A DNA stretch of 59,466 nt from Fibrobacteria bacterium (GCA_037447435.1 JBBIGR010000032.1:1-59466); one strand, 5' to 3'; shown: positions 10,078 through 21,121, counted from the first letter of the stretch. Numbers and translations: made by a program. Notes: a model not told the origin generated them from the sequence alone.

Positions 10078-10445
10078 CAGAATTGCAGTCCTTTCTTGCG
10101 CGCAGCCTCGGCCAGCGCCTTGACGCGACCGTGGTAAGCGTAGCCTTTTCTGTCGAACACGACTTTAACGACGCCTTTTTCTTTGGCCTTGTCGACGATA
10201 AGCTCGCCCACAAGTTTTGCGACGTCTGTCTTGGTGATTTTCTTGTTTTCCGCAACTTTGGCCAGAATCTCTTTATTGGTAGATCCTGCCTGTGCCAAAG
10301 AACGGCCGGTCTGATCGTCTACGATTTGGGCGTAGATATGGGAAAGGCTGCGCCTTACGCATAATCTGGGACGCTCTGTCGTTCCGGCGATCGTTTTACG
10401 GATGCGACGTGCTCTTCTTAATCTATCGTCTGTAATCTTCTTCAT
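10077..10445 (-). CDS. rplR: 50S ribosomal protein L18
   Basis: [28 protein letters not shown]. Confidence 0.99.
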   Translation of the reverse strand: MKKITDDRLRRARRIRKTIAGTTERPRLCVRRSLSHIYAQIVDDQTGRSLAQAGSTNKEILAKVAENKKITKTDVAKLVGELIVDKAKEKGVVKVVFDRKGYAYHGRVKALAEAARKKGLQF

Positions 10446-10479
10446 ACCGTGTGTCTCTCTTGGGTCGTATGTACGTTAA

Positions 10480-11019
10480 TTATTTACCAGCTGCCTTACC
10501 GACTTTGCGGCGGACATGTTCGTTGACGTATCTGATGCCTTTGCCTTTATAGGGCTCGGGACCGCGCTTGTTCCTGATTTCGGACGTTATCTGACCGACC
10601 ATCTGCTTGTCGACCCCTTCGACCGATATTTTGGTCGGGGATTCGCATTTGAACGTGATACCCTGCGGTGCGGCGACGATAACCTGATGAGAAAATCCGG
10701 CAGCGACGTTCAGGTCTTTGCCTTTAAGTTCGGCCTTGTAACCGACACCCTGGATTTCCAATTCTTTTTTGTAACCAGTCGTAACGCCGACTATCATATT
10801 ATTGATAAGAACGCGCCACAAACCCCACATTGCCTTGCTCCCGCTGTTTGCGACATCACCGAGCAAAACGACTTCGTTGTTCTCGACTTTAATGGTAAGG
10901 CCCGAATCGAAGTTTTTTTCGATAGCACCCTTTGCGCCCTTGACCTTTACACTATTGCCGGCTATCGTAACCTCGACTCCCTTTGGAATCGGTATTGGTT
11001 TTTTTCCTATGCGAGACAA
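10480..11019 (-). CDS. rplF: 50S ribosomal protein L6
   Basis: SRIGKKPI, GVGYKA, PEPYKGKGIRY. TTG start. Confidence 0.99.
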   Translation of the reverse strand: MSRIGKKPIPIPKGVEVTIAGNSVKVKGAKGAIEKNFDSGLTIKVENNEVVLLGDVANSGSKAMWGLWRVLINNMIVGVTTGYKKELEIQGVGYKAELKGKDLNVAAGFSHQVIVAAPQGITFKCESPTKISVEGVDKQMVGQITSEIRNKRGPEPYKGKGIRYVNEHVRRKVGKAAGK

Positions 11020-11140
11020 GTCAAAACTCCTGATTGAATATTTAAAACAATGGAGGACCTTGCAACCTCATTTTAAATTCTTTGCCCGTGTTGGGAACCA
11101 AACAATTTAAAACGAGGTAGTAGGGTGTTCCCCTTTTTAC

Positions 11141-11536
11141 TTACCAAACAAGTCCGACAACTTCACCGCCGATATTCATTGCACGGCAGTCGGTATCGGT
11201 CATCACGCCTTTTGACGTTGTAACAATCGCCATTCCCATGCCGCTCATGACTTTGGGAACCTTGGCCACGCCCGCGTATTTACGCAGACCCGGTGTGCTC
11301 ACTCTGTCGAGGCCTTGAATGGCGTTTTGCATTTTTTCATCGTACTTGAGAAGGATTTTGATGGTGCCTTGCACTCCGTCATCGACAAACGCATATTTTG
11401 CGATGTAATGATTCTCGAAAAGCAACCTTGTTATTTCCTTCTTAAGACTTGACGCCGGAATGCTCACCGTGCGTTTCTTCGCCTGGATCGCGTTCCGAAT
11501 CCTTGTAAACATGTCAGCTACCTGATCCGTCAACAT
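11141..11536 (-). CDS. rpsH: 30S ribosomal protein S8
   Basis: DQVADMFTRIRNA, RVSTPGLRKY, IVTTSKGVMT, GGEV. Confidence 0.99.
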   Translation of the reverse strand: MLTDQVADMFTRIRNAIQAKKRTVSIPASSLKKEITRLLFENHYIAKYAFVDDGVQGTIKILLKYDEKMQNAIQGLDRVSTPGLRKYAGVAKVPKVMSGMGMAIVTTSKGVMTDTDCRAMNIGGEVVGLVW

Positions 11537-11588
11537 GCCATTTTCCCCTTACATTGCGAAAGTCAAAATTGTTTCAAATGCCGAAATT

Positions 11589-11774
11589 CTACCAGCTTGC
11601 CTTCACGACGCCCGGAATCATGCCTGCCAAAGCCATTTGGCGGAAGCAAATTCTGCACAGGCCGAAGCGTCGAAGGTATCCACGCTGGCGACCGCATCGT
11701 CTGCACCGATGATATGACCGAACTTTGAACTTCGGTGTCTTATTGCATTTTTCAATCATTGCTTTACGTGCCAC
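11589..11774 (-). CDS. rpsN: 30S ribosomal protein S14, short Zn-binding type
   Basis: 61 aa with RCRRCGR..LCRICFR. Confidence 0.98.
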   Translation of the reverse strand: MARKAMIEKCNKTPKFKVRSYHRCRRCGRQRGYLRRFGLCRICFRQMALAGMIPGVVKASW

Positions 11775-11802
11775 GCTGAATCTCCTGTATAATTGTAATT
11801 AT

Positions 11803-12363
11803 CTATTTCCGAAAGGGCAATCCGAGCTCTTCGAGTAAACCAAGACCATGTTCATCGGTTTTTGCTGTTGTGCAAATGATAATGTCCATGCCGGCAACAT
11901 TAGTGATCTTGTCTCGATCGACTTCGGCGAACATGATTTGTTCTTTAAGACCAAACGTGTAATTGCCGTTGCCGTCGAATGACTTTCGGGAAATACCCTT
12001 GAAATCGCGTACGCGCGGCAGGGTGATTGACACGAGCCTGTCGAAAAATTCATACATGCGCGTTCCCCGAAGCGTTACTTTAACGCCGATGGGAAGGTTC
12101 TTACGCAATTTGAAATTCGAAATGGCTTTTTTGGCACGGCAAATGACCGGCTTTTGACCGGAGATATTCGTCATGACCGTGACCGCTTCGTCTATCAGTT
12201 TCGAATCCTGAACTGCTTTGCCCACACCCATATTGATGACGATTTTTTCAAGGCGTGGAACCTGCATTACATTTTTGAAACTGAATCTTTTCTTCAGCGC
12301 TGGAACTGCAGTTGTTTCATACAATTCGCGCATCCGGGGCTGTTTTTTTGTATCGGCGCTCAA
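11803..12363 (-). CDS. rplE: 50S ribosomal protein L5
   Basis: [32 protein letters not shown]. Confidence 0.99.
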   Translation of the reverse strand: MSADTKKQPRMRELYETTAVPALKKRFSFKNVMQVPRLEKIVINMGVGKAVQDSKLIDEAVTVMTNISGQKPVICRAKKAISNFKLRKNLPIGVKVTLRGTRMYEFFDRLVSITLPRVRDFKGISRKSFDGNGNYTFGLKEQIMFAEVDRDKITNVAGMDIIICTTAKTDEHGLGLLEELGLPFRK

Positions 12364-12686
12364 TCTATCAACTCCTTAGCCTTTTTGGAAAACCTGACTC
12401 GTTTCGCTTTTTTTCCAGAGTCAATCACTTTCATGCCAACGCGCGTTGCCTTGCCCGTTTTAGGGCACAACAACATGAGATTTGACAAATGAATAGACGC
12501 TTCCTTATCGACAATGCCGCCCTGCTGCACCTTACGGTTCGGCTTGGTGTGGCGCTTGACGATATTCTTCGCCTCGACCACAGCCCTGTTTTTTTTAGGC
12601 AACACTTTGATGATTTTTCCGGATTGGCCTTTATTGTCGCCCGACACTATCATCACCATGTCGTTTTTCTTCAATCGTAATGGCAT
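12360..12686 (-). CDS. rplX: 50S ribosomal protein L24
   Basis: KOW-type N-terminus, [19 protein letters not shown]. Confidence 0.98.
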   Translation of the reverse strand: MPLRLKKNDMVMIVSGDNKGQSGKIIKVLPKKNRAVVEAKNIVKRHTKPNRKVQQGGIVDKEASIHLSNLMLLCPKTGKATRVGMKVIDSGKKAKRVRFSKKAKELID

Positions 12687-12705
12687 ATCTTTTTTGCTCC
12701 CTTAA

Positions 12706-13074
12706 TTACAAAACTTCCGGCGCAAGAGAAACGATGCGCATGAACTGCTTGTCGCGAAGTTCGCGCGCCACTGGCCCGAAAATACGGGAACCGCGTGGTT
12801 CGTTTGCGTCGTTGATCAGCACAGCTGCATTATCGCTGAACCGGATATATGAACCGTCTTTGCGGCCCCATTCTTTTTTTGTGCGCACGATAACTGCACG
12901 TGCAACTTCGCCTTTTTTTACTCCCGCATTCGGAATCGCAGCTTTGATGGCAACGATGACAACATCGCCAACATAGGCATACCGCCGACGGGTTGAGCCG
13001 AGAATTCTGATAGCCATGCAACGCTTGGCACCTGAGTTATCCGCTACATTCATTAAGGTTTGGACCTGAATCAT
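12706..13074 (-). CDS. rplN: 50S ribosomal protein L14
   Basis: [33 protein letters not shown]. Confidence 0.99.
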   Translation of the reverse strand: MIQVQTLMNVADNSGAKRCMAIRILGSTRRRYAYVGDVVIVAIKAAIPNAGVKKGEVARAVIVRTKKEWGRKDGSYIRFSDNAAVLINDANEPRGSRIFGPVARELRDKQFMRIVSLAPEVL

Positions 13075-13142
13075 TGTGTCCTCATCATTGATGTTTTATT
13101 ACCACTATTTATAAGGCCGCAATCAAGACGACCCTATAAAAT

Positions 13143-13400
13143 TTATTTTGCTTTAGTAACTATTTCGCCCACGCGCCAACGCTTTGTTTTGGAAAGCGGA
13201 CGAGTCTCGATGATGCGAACCGTATCGCCCATTTTGCATTCGTCTTTTTCGTCGTGCGCGACGAATTTCTTGTTCACCCGGATCGTTTTGCCGTATTTGG
13301 GATGAACAAAGCTTCGTGCAACACTCACGATGACGCTCTTGTCCATCTTATCGCTGACAACGACCCCGACTCTTGACTTTCTCATAGCACGTTCTACCAT
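13143..13400 (-). CDS. rpsQ: 30S ribosomal protein S17
   Basis: [28 protein letters not shown]. Confidence 0.99.
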   Translation of the reverse strand: MVERAMRKSRVGVVVSDKMDKSVIVSVARSFVHPKYGKTIRVNKKFVAHDEKDECKMGDTVRIIETRPLSKTKRWRVGEIVTKAK

Positions 13401-13415
13401 TAGAGTACCTCTTTT

Positions 13416-13643
13416 TTACTTTGATGCCACAACCGCTGCTTTTGTCTCGCTGCGCTTTTTTTCCGTAAGCAATGTTTTGGTGAGAGCAACGTCTTTTCTG
13501 ACGATTCTCAAACGTAACGGATTGCTTAACTGACCCATTTTAGCCTGAAAGCGAAGGTTAAACAACTCTTCTTCGAGACCGAGCGTTTTTTCTTTTAATT
13601 CTTTTGCAGTAAGCTGCCGTAAATCTTTGGCTTTCGTTCTCAT
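13416..13643 (-). CDS. rpmC: 50S ribosomal protein L29
   Basis: Start trimmed to MRTKAKDLR at 13643. ELFNLRFQ..GQL motif. Confidence 0.97.
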   Translation of the reverse strand: MRTKAKDLRQLTAKELKEKTLGLEEELFNLRFQAKMGQLSNPLRLRIVRKDVALTKTLLTEKKRSETKAAVVASK

Positions 13644-13656
13644 AGTAACAAATCCT

Positions 13657-14067
13657 TTATTCTTCTGTCGTAATAAAACGAGTTTTGATCGGCAACTTCT
13701 GTGCTGCAAGGCGAATAGCCTTTTCAGCCACATCGGATTTTAAACCGGCCATTTCGAACATCACGGTACCGGGACGGACAACCGCTACCCAACCTTCGGG
13801 TATACCTTTTCCTTTTCCCATTCGGGATTCGGCAGGATGCTTCGTGTACGGTTTATCGGGAAACACGCGTATCCAGATTTTTCCGCCGCGCTTGATATAG
13901 CGCGCCATTGCAATACGTGCCGCTTCGATTTGTTTCGAATCGATCCAGGCAGGCTCCAATGATTGTAAGCCAAACTCGCCAAAGGCAAGATAATTACATC
14001 GTGAAGCGACGCCCTTCATGCGGCCCCGCTGCTGTTTTCTCCATTTTACTTTTGATGGCGCGAGCAT
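13657..14067 (-). CDS. rplP: 50S ribosomal protein L16
   Basis: [27 protein letters not shown]. Confidence 0.99.
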   Translation of the reverse strand: MLAPSKVKWRKQQRGRMKGVASRCNYLAFGEFGLQSLEPAWIDSKQIEAARIAMARYIKRGGKIWIRVFPDKPYTKHPAESRMGKGKGIPEGWVAVVRPGTVMFEMAGLKSDVAEKAIRLAAQKLPIKTRFITTEE

Positions 14068-14081
14068 TCCTTATTTCCTCC

Positions 14082-14756
14082 TTATGCGGCGCGAACGTTT
14101 TCTTTTGACGCTTTTGCCGTGCGTTCAACGCGTTTTATGACTTCGCCTTTGCAAATCCACACTTTGATGCCGATCGTACCGTATGTCGTGACCGCAGTTG
14201 ACGTGGCGTAATCGATGTCCGCACGCAATGTATGCAGCGGAACGCGACCTTCCTTGAACGTTTCGCGTCGGGCGATTTCTGCACCGTTGAGCCTGCCGCT
14301 GATCATGATCTTGATGCCTTCGGCACCCATGCGCATCGCGGTAGACATGGCCTTTTTGATCGCCTTTTTATACGATACCCGTTTTTCAAGCTGACGCGCG
14401 ATGTTGTCGCCAACAAGCTGCGCATCCATTTCGGGTTTCTTGACTTCTTTAATATTGATTTGGATATCTTTTTGCGTAAGATGCTGAAGTTCAGCCTTAA
14501 GGCGTTCGACTTCCTCACCTTTTTTCCCGATGACTATGCCGGGACGCGACGTATGGACCGTGACCGTAACACGCTTTGCCGTTCTTTCGATTTCGAGAAC
14601 CGAAATGCCGCCGTGTTCCAAACGTTTTTTGAGATAATTACGAATCAACATATCTTCATAGAGGTAATCGGAGAATTTATCCTTCGTATACCACCTTGAT
14701 ATCCACGTTCTCGTGATGCCAAGCCGAAGACCTACTGGACTTGTTTTCTGACCCAC
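14082..14756 (-). CDS. rpsC: 30S ribosomal protein S3
   Basis: [34 protein letters not shown]. Confidence 0.99.
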   Translation of the reverse strand: MGQKTSPVGLRLGITRTWISRWYTKDKFSDYLYEDMLIRNYLKKRLEHGGISVLEIERTAKRVTVTVHTSRPGIVIGKKGEEVERLKAELQHLTQKDIQINIKEVKKPEMDAQLVGDNIARQLEKRVSYKKAIKKAMSTAMRMGAEGIKIMISGRLNGAEIARRETFKEGRVPLHTLRADIDYATSTAVTTYGTIGIKVWICKGEVIKRVERTAKASKENVRAA

Positions 14757-14768
14757 GTTGTATCCTCC

Positions 14769-15110
14769 TTAATTCGACACCACAACTTTAATGTGGCACA
14801 TTCTCTTAAGAATCCGATAGGCACGACCCTGGGCACGCGGACGAAACCGTTTGAGCGTAGGCCCCTGACCGACAGTGATTTCCTTGATGACCAATTCGTC
14901 TACATTGACATGCGCATCGGCATGTTTGTTCTGAAGATTCGCCACGGCAGACTTGATGACTTTCGAGAAATCTTTGGCAACGGCTTTCTGCACACCGAAA
15001 TCAAGAAGGCTTAACGCCGTCCCAACCGGTTTGCCGCGAAGCTCGTCTGCCACAAGTCTTGCTTTTCTGGCGGTCTTCCGAAGATATTTGCAGGTCGCTA
15101 CTGCTTCCAC
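14769..15110 (-). CDS. rplV: 50S ribosomal protein L22
   Basis: RKARLVAD, SAVAN, GPTLKRFRPRAQGRA. Confidence 0.99.
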   Translation of the reverse strand: MEAVATCKYLRKTARKARLVADELRGKPVGTALSLLDFGVQKAVAKDFSKVIKSAVANLQNKHADAHVNVDELVIKEITVGQGPTLKRFRPRAQGRAYRILKRMCHIKVVVSN

Positions 15111-15135
15111 GCTTGTTCCTCCCGCATTCCTATTT

Positions 15136-15435
15136 TTATGAGGCTGATGATTCAGCCGCTGTTTTATCCGTCTTTACATGCCCGCCATGTCCGCGAAACA
15201 CTCGCGTCGGAGCGAATTCACCGAGTTTGTGACCGACCATATTTTCCGTAACATAGACAGGAATGAATTTATTCCCGTTATGAACGGCAAACGTGGCGCC
15301 GACAAATTCCGGAAGAATGGTAGAACGACGGGACCAGGTCTTAATGACCTTTTTCTGCCCCGAGCTGTTCATCTCGGTGACCTTCTTCGTAACATGCTGA
15401 TCTACAAATGGACCTTTTTTAATTGAACGAGCCAT
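15136..15435 (-). CDS. rpsS: 30S ribosomal protein S19
   Basis: [32 protein letters not shown]. Confidence 0.99.
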   Translation of the reverse strand: MARSIKKGPFVDQHVTKKVTEMNSSGQKKVIKTWSRRSTILPEFVGATFAVHNGNKFIPVYVTENMVGHKLGEFAPTRVFRGHGGHVKTDKTAAESSAS

Positions 15436-15444
15436 TGTACTTCC

Positions 15445-16272
15445 TTATTTGGTTCTTCTGCTGACAATATATTTACCCGACATTTTTTTCCTATTACGAG
15501 TCTTGAGTCCTTTTGCCTTTTGAGCCCAAGGAGACATCGGATGGTTTCCACCTTTTGATTTGGCTTCTCCACCGCCCATCGGATGGTCGACCGGGTTCAT
15601 TGCAGTACCGCGAACCGTCGGACGAACTCCGAGCCAGCGTTTGCGACCGGCAGAACCTAAAACGACATTCATATGTTCATGATTGCTTACCTGACCGATT
15701 GTTGCGACGCAACCTTCGCGGACCAAACGCGTTTCGCTTGAAGGAAGGCGAAGCTGAACCATTCCGTTTTCACGGGCAACGATTTCAGCGTACGCTCCTG
15801 CGGAACGCGCCATTTGACCGCCGCGGCCTTCTTTAAGCTCGACGTTATGAACCATAGTACCCTGCGGCATGTTTACAAGAGGCATACAGTTGCCTTCTGC
15901 AATCTCGGTCATTTTCGAAGACACGACTTTTTGGCCGACCTTCATATTGACCGTCGCGAGGATATAGCGGCGTTCGCCGTCGGTATATTTGACAAGTGCT
16001 ATAAAGCACGTGCGGTTCGGATCGTATTCGATCGTTTCGACGGTTCCGACGATGTCGTATTTGTTGCGTTTGAAATCGACGGTACGGAGAAACTTCCGGT
16101 GCCCGCCACCCTGATGACGAACAGTAATGTGTCCGTGCGCGTTACGTCCGCCGCGGCTCTTTTTGAATTCGCATAACGGCTTATAAGGGTCATTTGTCGT
16201 AACCTGCGCAAAGTCAACGGTCGTTTTGTACCGTTGAACCGGCGTAAGCGGTCTGTAAGATTTTAATGCCAT
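15445..16272 (-). CDS. rplB: 50S ribosomal protein L2
   Basis: IEYDPNR, ARSAG, RPTVRG.AMNPVDHP.GGGE. Confidence 0.99.
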   Translation of the reverse strand: MALKSYRPLTPVQRYKTTVDFAQVTTNDPYKPLCEFKKSRGGRNAHGHITVRHQGGGHRKFLRTVDFKRNKYDIVGTVETIEYDPNRTCFIALVKYTDGERRYILATVNMKVGQKVVSSKMTEIAEGNCMPLVNMPQGTMVHNVELKEGRGGQMARSAGAYAEIVARENGMVQLRLPSSETRLVREGCVATIGQVSNHEHMNVVLGSAGRKRWLGVRPTVRGTAMNPVDHPMGGGEAKSKGGNHPMSPWAQKAKGLKTRNRKKMSGKYIVSRRTK

Positions 16273-16449
16273 TTTCTTAAAACTCCATATTATCTGGAAA
16301 ATTCAAACTCAAATTCAAAGATTTACCATCAAAACTTCACTTAAAAACAAAATTGCAGTGCAAAAATACAACATGCTGATTCAAAAAGCTTTAACTGAAT
16401 CATTTTTTTTAATAAAAAATCAATAAAAGTCAGTTAAAAGCGGCTTTTT

Positions 16450-16740
16450 TTAAACATCACCGAATTTTGTTATGGTATTTCCCGCTGCCAAACGAATGAT
16501 CGCCTTTTTCCAATCGGACCGGTATCCGCTGAAACGACCGACACGTTTGAGCTTTCCTTTAACAACCATGGTATTCACCGAAACAACTTTAACGCTGAAC
16601 AGCGACTCGACTGCTTTTTTTATTTCCGTCTTCGTCGCCTTTGGATCGACTTCGAAAACGTATTTATTTTGACTGCTGCGAAGCGCGGTGTTTTTTTCGG
16701 TGATGGACGGATATCTGATAATCGAATGAAACCTGCTCAC
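16450..16740 (-). CDS. rplW: 50S ribosomal protein L23
   Basis: GTG start overlaps the rplD TGA (GTGA). ITEK, ATKTEIK.AVE.LF.VKV, WKKA motifs. Confidence 0.97.
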   Translation of the reverse strand: MSRFHSIIRYPSITEKNTALRSSQNKYVFEVDPKATKTEIKKAVESLFSVKVVSVNTMVVKGKLKRVGRFSGYRSDWKKAIIRLAAGNTITKFGDV

Positions 16741-17366
16741 TGTGCTACTGCCTCCTCGATTTTGCCCAACAGCTCTTCTGCCCCGAAAACAACGGTGTCG
16801 CTTGACAATACGTCGAGCGCATTGATTTCGGAAACAGGCTTTACTGAACAATTTTTAATATTTCTGCTTGACAAGTAAACGTTTTTGTTCGAACCTTCGA
16901 TGACGAGCAAGGTGCGCTTTCCACCTAAGGAAAGAGCGACAAGCATGTCGGCAACGGATTGCGTTTTAGGAGCATCGAGAACGATTTTGTCGATGACCAG
17001 GACTTTTTCATCCTGCGCACGCGTTGAGAGCGCCGAAGTGAGCGCAATCTTTTTGAGATTTTTCGGGATTGCGGTATAATAATCGCGCGGGAGCGGGCCG
17101 TGAGCCTTGCCACCACGTCTCCACAAAGGAGAAGTGTTGGAACCTGCGCGGGCATTACCCGTGTGTTTTTGTTTCCATGGTTTGCGTCCACCGCCGCTGA
17201 CTTCGTCTCGGGTTTTGGTCTTCGACGTGCCCTGGCGTTGGTTGGCGCGATACGATTTAACTACAAGGTACATCACCTGTTCGTTGATGTCAGCGTTAAA
17301 AACGCTGTCGGTCAGATTGACTTCGCCCTTGATTTTTCCGTCTTGTGTGTATACTTTGGCTTTCAT
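16737..17366 (-). CDS. rplD: 50S ribosomal protein L4
   Basis: RQGT..TKTR.EVSGGGRKPWKQK.TG.ARAG. Confidence 0.99.
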   Translation of the reverse strand: MKAKVYTQDGKIKGEVNLTDSVFNADINEQVMYLVVKSYRANQRQGTSKTKTRDEVSGGGRKPWKQKHTGNARAGSNTSPLWRRGGKAHGPLPRDYYTAIPKNLKKIALTSALSTRAQDEKVLVIDKIVLDAPKTQSVADMLVALSLGGKRTLLVIEGSNKNVYLSSRNIKNCSVKPVSEINALDVLSSDTVVFGAEELLGKIEEAVAQ

Positions 17367-17377
17367 TGGTGCTCTGC

Positions 17378-18010
17378 CTATTTGCTGACGATTTTATTGA
17401 TGTAAACGATACCTTTGTTCGGACCGGGAACCGCTCCCTTTATCATGACGAGTCCGGCTTCTTTATCGATTGCGACGACTTCGAGATTCCGTTGCGTACG
17501 CTGCGCTGCTCCGTAATGGCCTTCCATTTTGAGCCCTTTTTTCACGCTACCGGGCGATGTGTTTGCACCGCTGGAACCGCGAACGCGTATTGATTTGCTA
17601 CCATGCGCCGCAGGTCCGCGATGGAAATTATGGCGTTTGATACCGCCGGAAAATCCACGACCTTTGGTTACACCGACGACATTGACGAATTTGATGTTCT
17701 CAAAAACTTCGACGCCGATTTTTTGACCAGCTTCGAGTTTTTCATCCGCACTGTCGAGCTCAAATTCCTTAATGTGCCGCGTGGGCGACGAATTGCTTTT
17801 TTTGAAATGACCCAAGAGAGGTTTGGTAACCTTTTTTTCAGCAACAATATCGAAACCGAGCTGAACTGCGCTATAGCCGTCGATCTTTTCGGTTTTAACT
17901 TGATGCACGACATTGGGAGCTGCCGAAATCACCGTGATAGGAATGCTTTTGCCAACGTCTTTTGAGAACATTTGCGTCATTCCGATTTTCTTGCCTATTA
18001 ACCCTTGCAT
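17378..18010 (-). CDS. rplC: 50S ribosomal protein L3
   Basis: GKKIGMTQ, DGYSAVQLG, KGRGF.G.IKR, KGAVPG. Confidence 0.99.
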   Translation of the reverse strand: MQGLIGKKIGMTQMFSKDVGKSIPITVISAAPNVVHQVKTEKIDGYSAVQLGFDIVAEKKVTKPLLGHFKKSNSSPTRHIKEFELDSADEKLEAGQKIGVEVFENIKFVNVVGVTKGRGFSGGIKRHNFHRGPAAHGSKSIRVRGSSGANTSPGSVKKGLKMEGHYGAAQRTQRNLEVVAIDKEAGLVMIKGAVPGPNKGIVYINKIVSK

Positions 18011-18058
18011 ATCTTTTACCCGTTTTTAAAAGTTTATTACGTCAATGTTCTGAAAACG

Positions 18059-18367
18059 TTATACTTTGATCTCTACGTCGACACCGGCCGGCAAATCCAG
18101 CTTCATGAGCGAATCGACGGTTTGCGGTGTGGATTCTAGAATATCAATAAGTCTTTTGTGAATACGAATTTCGAACTGTTCACGAGACTTCTTATTGACA
18201 TGAGGCGAACGCAACACCGTGTAAATCGATTTTTCCGTCGGAAGCGGGATCGGTCCCGAAATCCTTGCGCCCGTTCCTTTTGCGGTACGGACAATGTCGG
18301 ATGTCGATTTGTCGAGGATGTTGTGATCGAACGACTTTAGTCTGATACGGATTCTTTCGCCAGGCAC
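18059..18367 (-). CDS. rpsJ: 30S ribosomal protein S10
   Basis: [31 protein letters not shown]. Confidence 0.99.
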   Translation of the reverse strand: MPGERIRIRLKSFDHNILDKSTSDIVRTAKGTGARISGPIPLPTEKSIYTVLRSPHVNKKSREQFEIRIHKRLIDILESTPQTVDSLMKLDLPAGVDVEIKV

Positions 18368-18432
18368 GTTTACTCCTTTTAAAAATCTTTATATTCTATT
18401 TCGAGAGTTTCTATAATAAGCGCAGTATTTTT

Positions 18433-20526
18433 TCACCATATTCGACCTATTCGTTTTAAAATCTCGTCTTGTACCGGTTTGCTTGTCGGTTCGTAATGAT
18501 CGAATTGCATCGTATAGGAAGCTCGACCTTGGGACGCCGACCGCAGCGTTGTTGCATATCCGAACATTTCGGAAAGGGGCGCTTCCCCATCGATAACCTG
18601 AACATCTTTACGAGCAGTGATGCCGTGAATTTTTCCGCGGCGGGCATTGAGATCGTTGATGACAGCACCCATATAATCGGGCGGTACAACGATTTCTATT
18701 TTCATGACCGGCTCCAGAATTGCCGGACTGCATTTTGAGCACGCATTTTTAAACGCCATGGATCCGGCGATTTTAAACGCCATCTCAGTAGAATCGTCTT
18801 CCCGGAAAGTAAGCGACTTAAGCGTGGTTTTAATCCCGATAAGCGGATACCCAGACATGACGCCGCTGTTCGAGGTTTCGATAATACCTTGTTTTGCGGC
18901 ATTTAAAAATTCGGTCGGAACTGTTTTGTCCGGGATTTTATTTTCGAATTCCGTGCTTCTTGAAGGCTCGATGGATTCGACCGTTATAGTAACTTTTGCA
19001 TATTGATTTTTGCCGCCGATGAGCTGCGACATTTCGTGTACTTCGGTAACGCTTCCCATTATTGATTCACGATACGAAACCTGCGGTTTGCCTATATGAG
19101 CGGCAACGCCGAATTCGCGCGTTAATCGGTCGACCAGGATTTCGAGGTGAAGCTCCCCCATGCCCGAGATAATCGTCTGACCGGTTTCCTGGTCGAGATT
19201 AACCGTACATGTCGGATCTTCGTCTGCAAGACGAGAAAGCGCCTGATGCAACTTTTCTTCGTCGCTCGTACTTTTCGGCTCGATCGAAAGCCTGATAACA
19301 GGTTGCGGAAAAGTCATGGGTTCTAAAGAAACAGGATCGTTGATATCGCAGATCGTATCGCCCGTTGTCGTATCTTTGAGTCCTGCCAACCCCAGAATAT
19401 CGCCCGCATGCATTAATTGCTCGGGCTTACGTTTATTCGAATGCATCCTGAAAATCCGGGTGATTCGTTCTTTTGAACCAGTACGCGGATTTAAAAGAGT
19501 GCTTTTGAGATCGATTGTTCCTGAATATGCTCTGGCAAATGCCAATCTTCCGAGATGCGGATCAGCAACTATTTTGAACACCAGCGCGCTGAAGGGTTCC
19601 TTCTCGTTTGCATGACGAACAACTTCGCTGTGATCTTTTGGATTGTATCCAACCACTGTTGCCCTGTCGAGCGGAGACGGCAGATAATCGATGACTGCAT
19701 CGATAAGCTGCTGAACACCTTTATTCTTAAAAGAAGATCCGCACATAACCGGATTGATTTTGTTCGATAATACTCCTGCGCGAATCGCCTTCTTTATCAG
19801 GGTTTCATCAAGGGGTTTTTCCTCGAGCATCTGATGCATGAGATCTTCGCTAAAATCGCAAATTTTTTCAAGCATCATATCCCGATACTTCCTTGCTTCG
19901 TCTTGATACTCAGAAGGGATATCTTTTTCCACAACCGTGGCACCGAAATCCGCTTCATTATATTCGAACGCCCTCATCCTGACAAGATCAACGACACCGG
20001 TAAAAGTGTCTTCTTTCCCTATGGGCAACTCTATGGCAACCGGATTTGCGGCAAGCTTGCTTTCCATCATGGAAAGCACATTCTTGAAATCCGCACCAAC
20101 ACGGTCCATTTTATTTACATACGAAATTCGGGGCACGTTATATTTGTCGGCCTGCCGCCAAACGGTTTCCGACTGAGGTTCCACGCCTCCCACCGAATCG
20201 AATATGGCTACTGCGCCATCCAAAACTCTCAAAGAACGTTCAACTTCAATTGTAAAGTCAACATGCCCGGGGGTGTCGATGATATTGATCCGAACGCCTT
20301 TCCATTCAGTGGTGATTGCCGCAGACGTAATCGTGATGCCACGTTCACGTTCTTGCTGCATCCAGTCCATAACGGTATTCCCGTCATCGACCTCACCAAT
20401 CCGATGGATGGTACCCGTATAAAACAGGATTCGCTCGGTGGTTGTTGTTTTGCCTGCATCGATATGGGCCATTATCCCGATGTTGCGCACGTTGGCGAGA
20501 GGAAATATTTTTTCCGCTTTTTCCAT
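18433..20526 (-). CDS. fusA: Elongation factor G family protein, divergent domain IV (EF-G2/recycling-type candidate)
   Basis: [20 protein letters not shown] and NKMD are intact, and the gene sits in the str operon. Domain IV loop motifs are altered. Confidence 0.95.
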   Translation of the reverse strand: MEKAEKIFPLANVRNIGIMAHIDAGKTTTTERILFYTGTIHRIGEVDDGNTVMDWMQQERERGITITSAAITTEWKGVRINIIDTPGHVDFTIEVERSLRVLDGAVAIFDSVGGVEPQSETVWRQADKYNVPRISYVNKMDRVGADFKNVLSMMESKLAANPVAIELPIGKEDTFTGVVDLVRMRAFEYNEADFGATVVEKDIPSEYQDEARKYRDMMLEKICDFSEDLMHQMLEEKPLDETLIKKAIRAGVLSNKINPVMCGSSFKNKGVQQLIDAVIDYLPSPLDRATVVGYNPKDHSEVVRHANEKEPFSALVFKIVADPHLGRLAFARAYSGTIDLKSTLLNPRTGSKERITRIFRMHSNKRKPEQLMHAGDILGLAGLKDTTTGDTICDINDPVSLEPMTFPQPVIRLSIEPKSTSDEEKLHQALSRLADEDPTCTVNLDQETGQTIISGMGELHLEILVDRLTREFGVAAHIGKPQVSYRESIMGSVTEVHEMSQLIGGKNQYAKVTITVESIEPSRSTEFENKIPDKTVPTEFLNAAKQGIIETSNSGVMSGYPLIGIKTTLKSLTFREDDSTEMAFKIAGSMAFKNACSKCSPAILEPVMKIEIVVPPDYMGAVINDLNARRGKIHGITARKDVQVIDGEAPLSEMFGYATTLRSASQGRASYTMQFDHYEPTSKPVQDEILKRIGRIW

Positions 20527-20650
20527 AACCCTTTTTACTTAATCTTGCAGGTTTATTTGCGTGCTTGCCTTACCTACTTTAGTAAGGGGCACACACTCCC
20601 GGACTGTAAAAGAACTATATCGTACCGGATGATAAGGTCTTAAAGAACCA

Positions 20651-21121
20651 TTACCACCTGAATATCACAAACGCTTTGTTAGCTTCCGCCATCTTATGCG
20701 TGTCGATTTTCTTGCGAACCGCTCCGCCTTCGTTCTTGGAAGCACTGACAAATTCATTCGCCATTTTATCGGCCATGCTTTTTTCAGTACGCTCTTTTGA
20801 ATATTGAATGAGCCAACGGATTGCCAGAGAAGTCCTGCGTTCAGGAGCAACTTCCATGGGAACCTGATAATTGGCGCCACCGACGCGGCGAGACTTCACT
20901 TCGACAGTCGGCTTAACGTTTTCAACCGCTTTTTTGAAAACCGACAAGCCATCCTGATTGGTGCGCTTACCCGCAAGTTCAATTGCATCGTAGACCATTG
21001 TTTCGGCCAAACGTTTTTTGCCCTTGCGAAGCAAGTTATTGATAAACTGCGTTATAAGAACGCTTTTATACTTCGGATCCTGAATGAACTCTCTCTTATG
21101 TGCTTTTTTTCTTCGTGACAT
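20651..21121 (-). CDS. rpsG: 30S ribosomal protein S7
   Basis: GKK..AE, EVKSRRVGGANYQVP, HKMAEANKAF. Confidence 0.99.
   Translation of the reverse strand: MSRRKKAHKREFIQDPKYKSVLITQFINNLLRKGKKRLAETMVYDAIELAGKRTNQDGLSVFKKAVENVKPTVEVKSRRVGGANYQVPMEVAPERRTSLAIRWLIQYSKERTEKSMADKMANEFVSASKNEGGAVRKKIDTHKMAEANKAFVIFRW

Noticed and set aside
13644..13733. N-terminal extensions of rpmC (also rplW and rplK) in the ORF track
   Set aside because: Artefacts of taking the longest ORF. The true starts are at 13643, 16740 and 31939 by homology, overlap and SD position.
19834..20643. 269-aa plus-strand ORF
   Set aside because: Antisense shadow of fusA.
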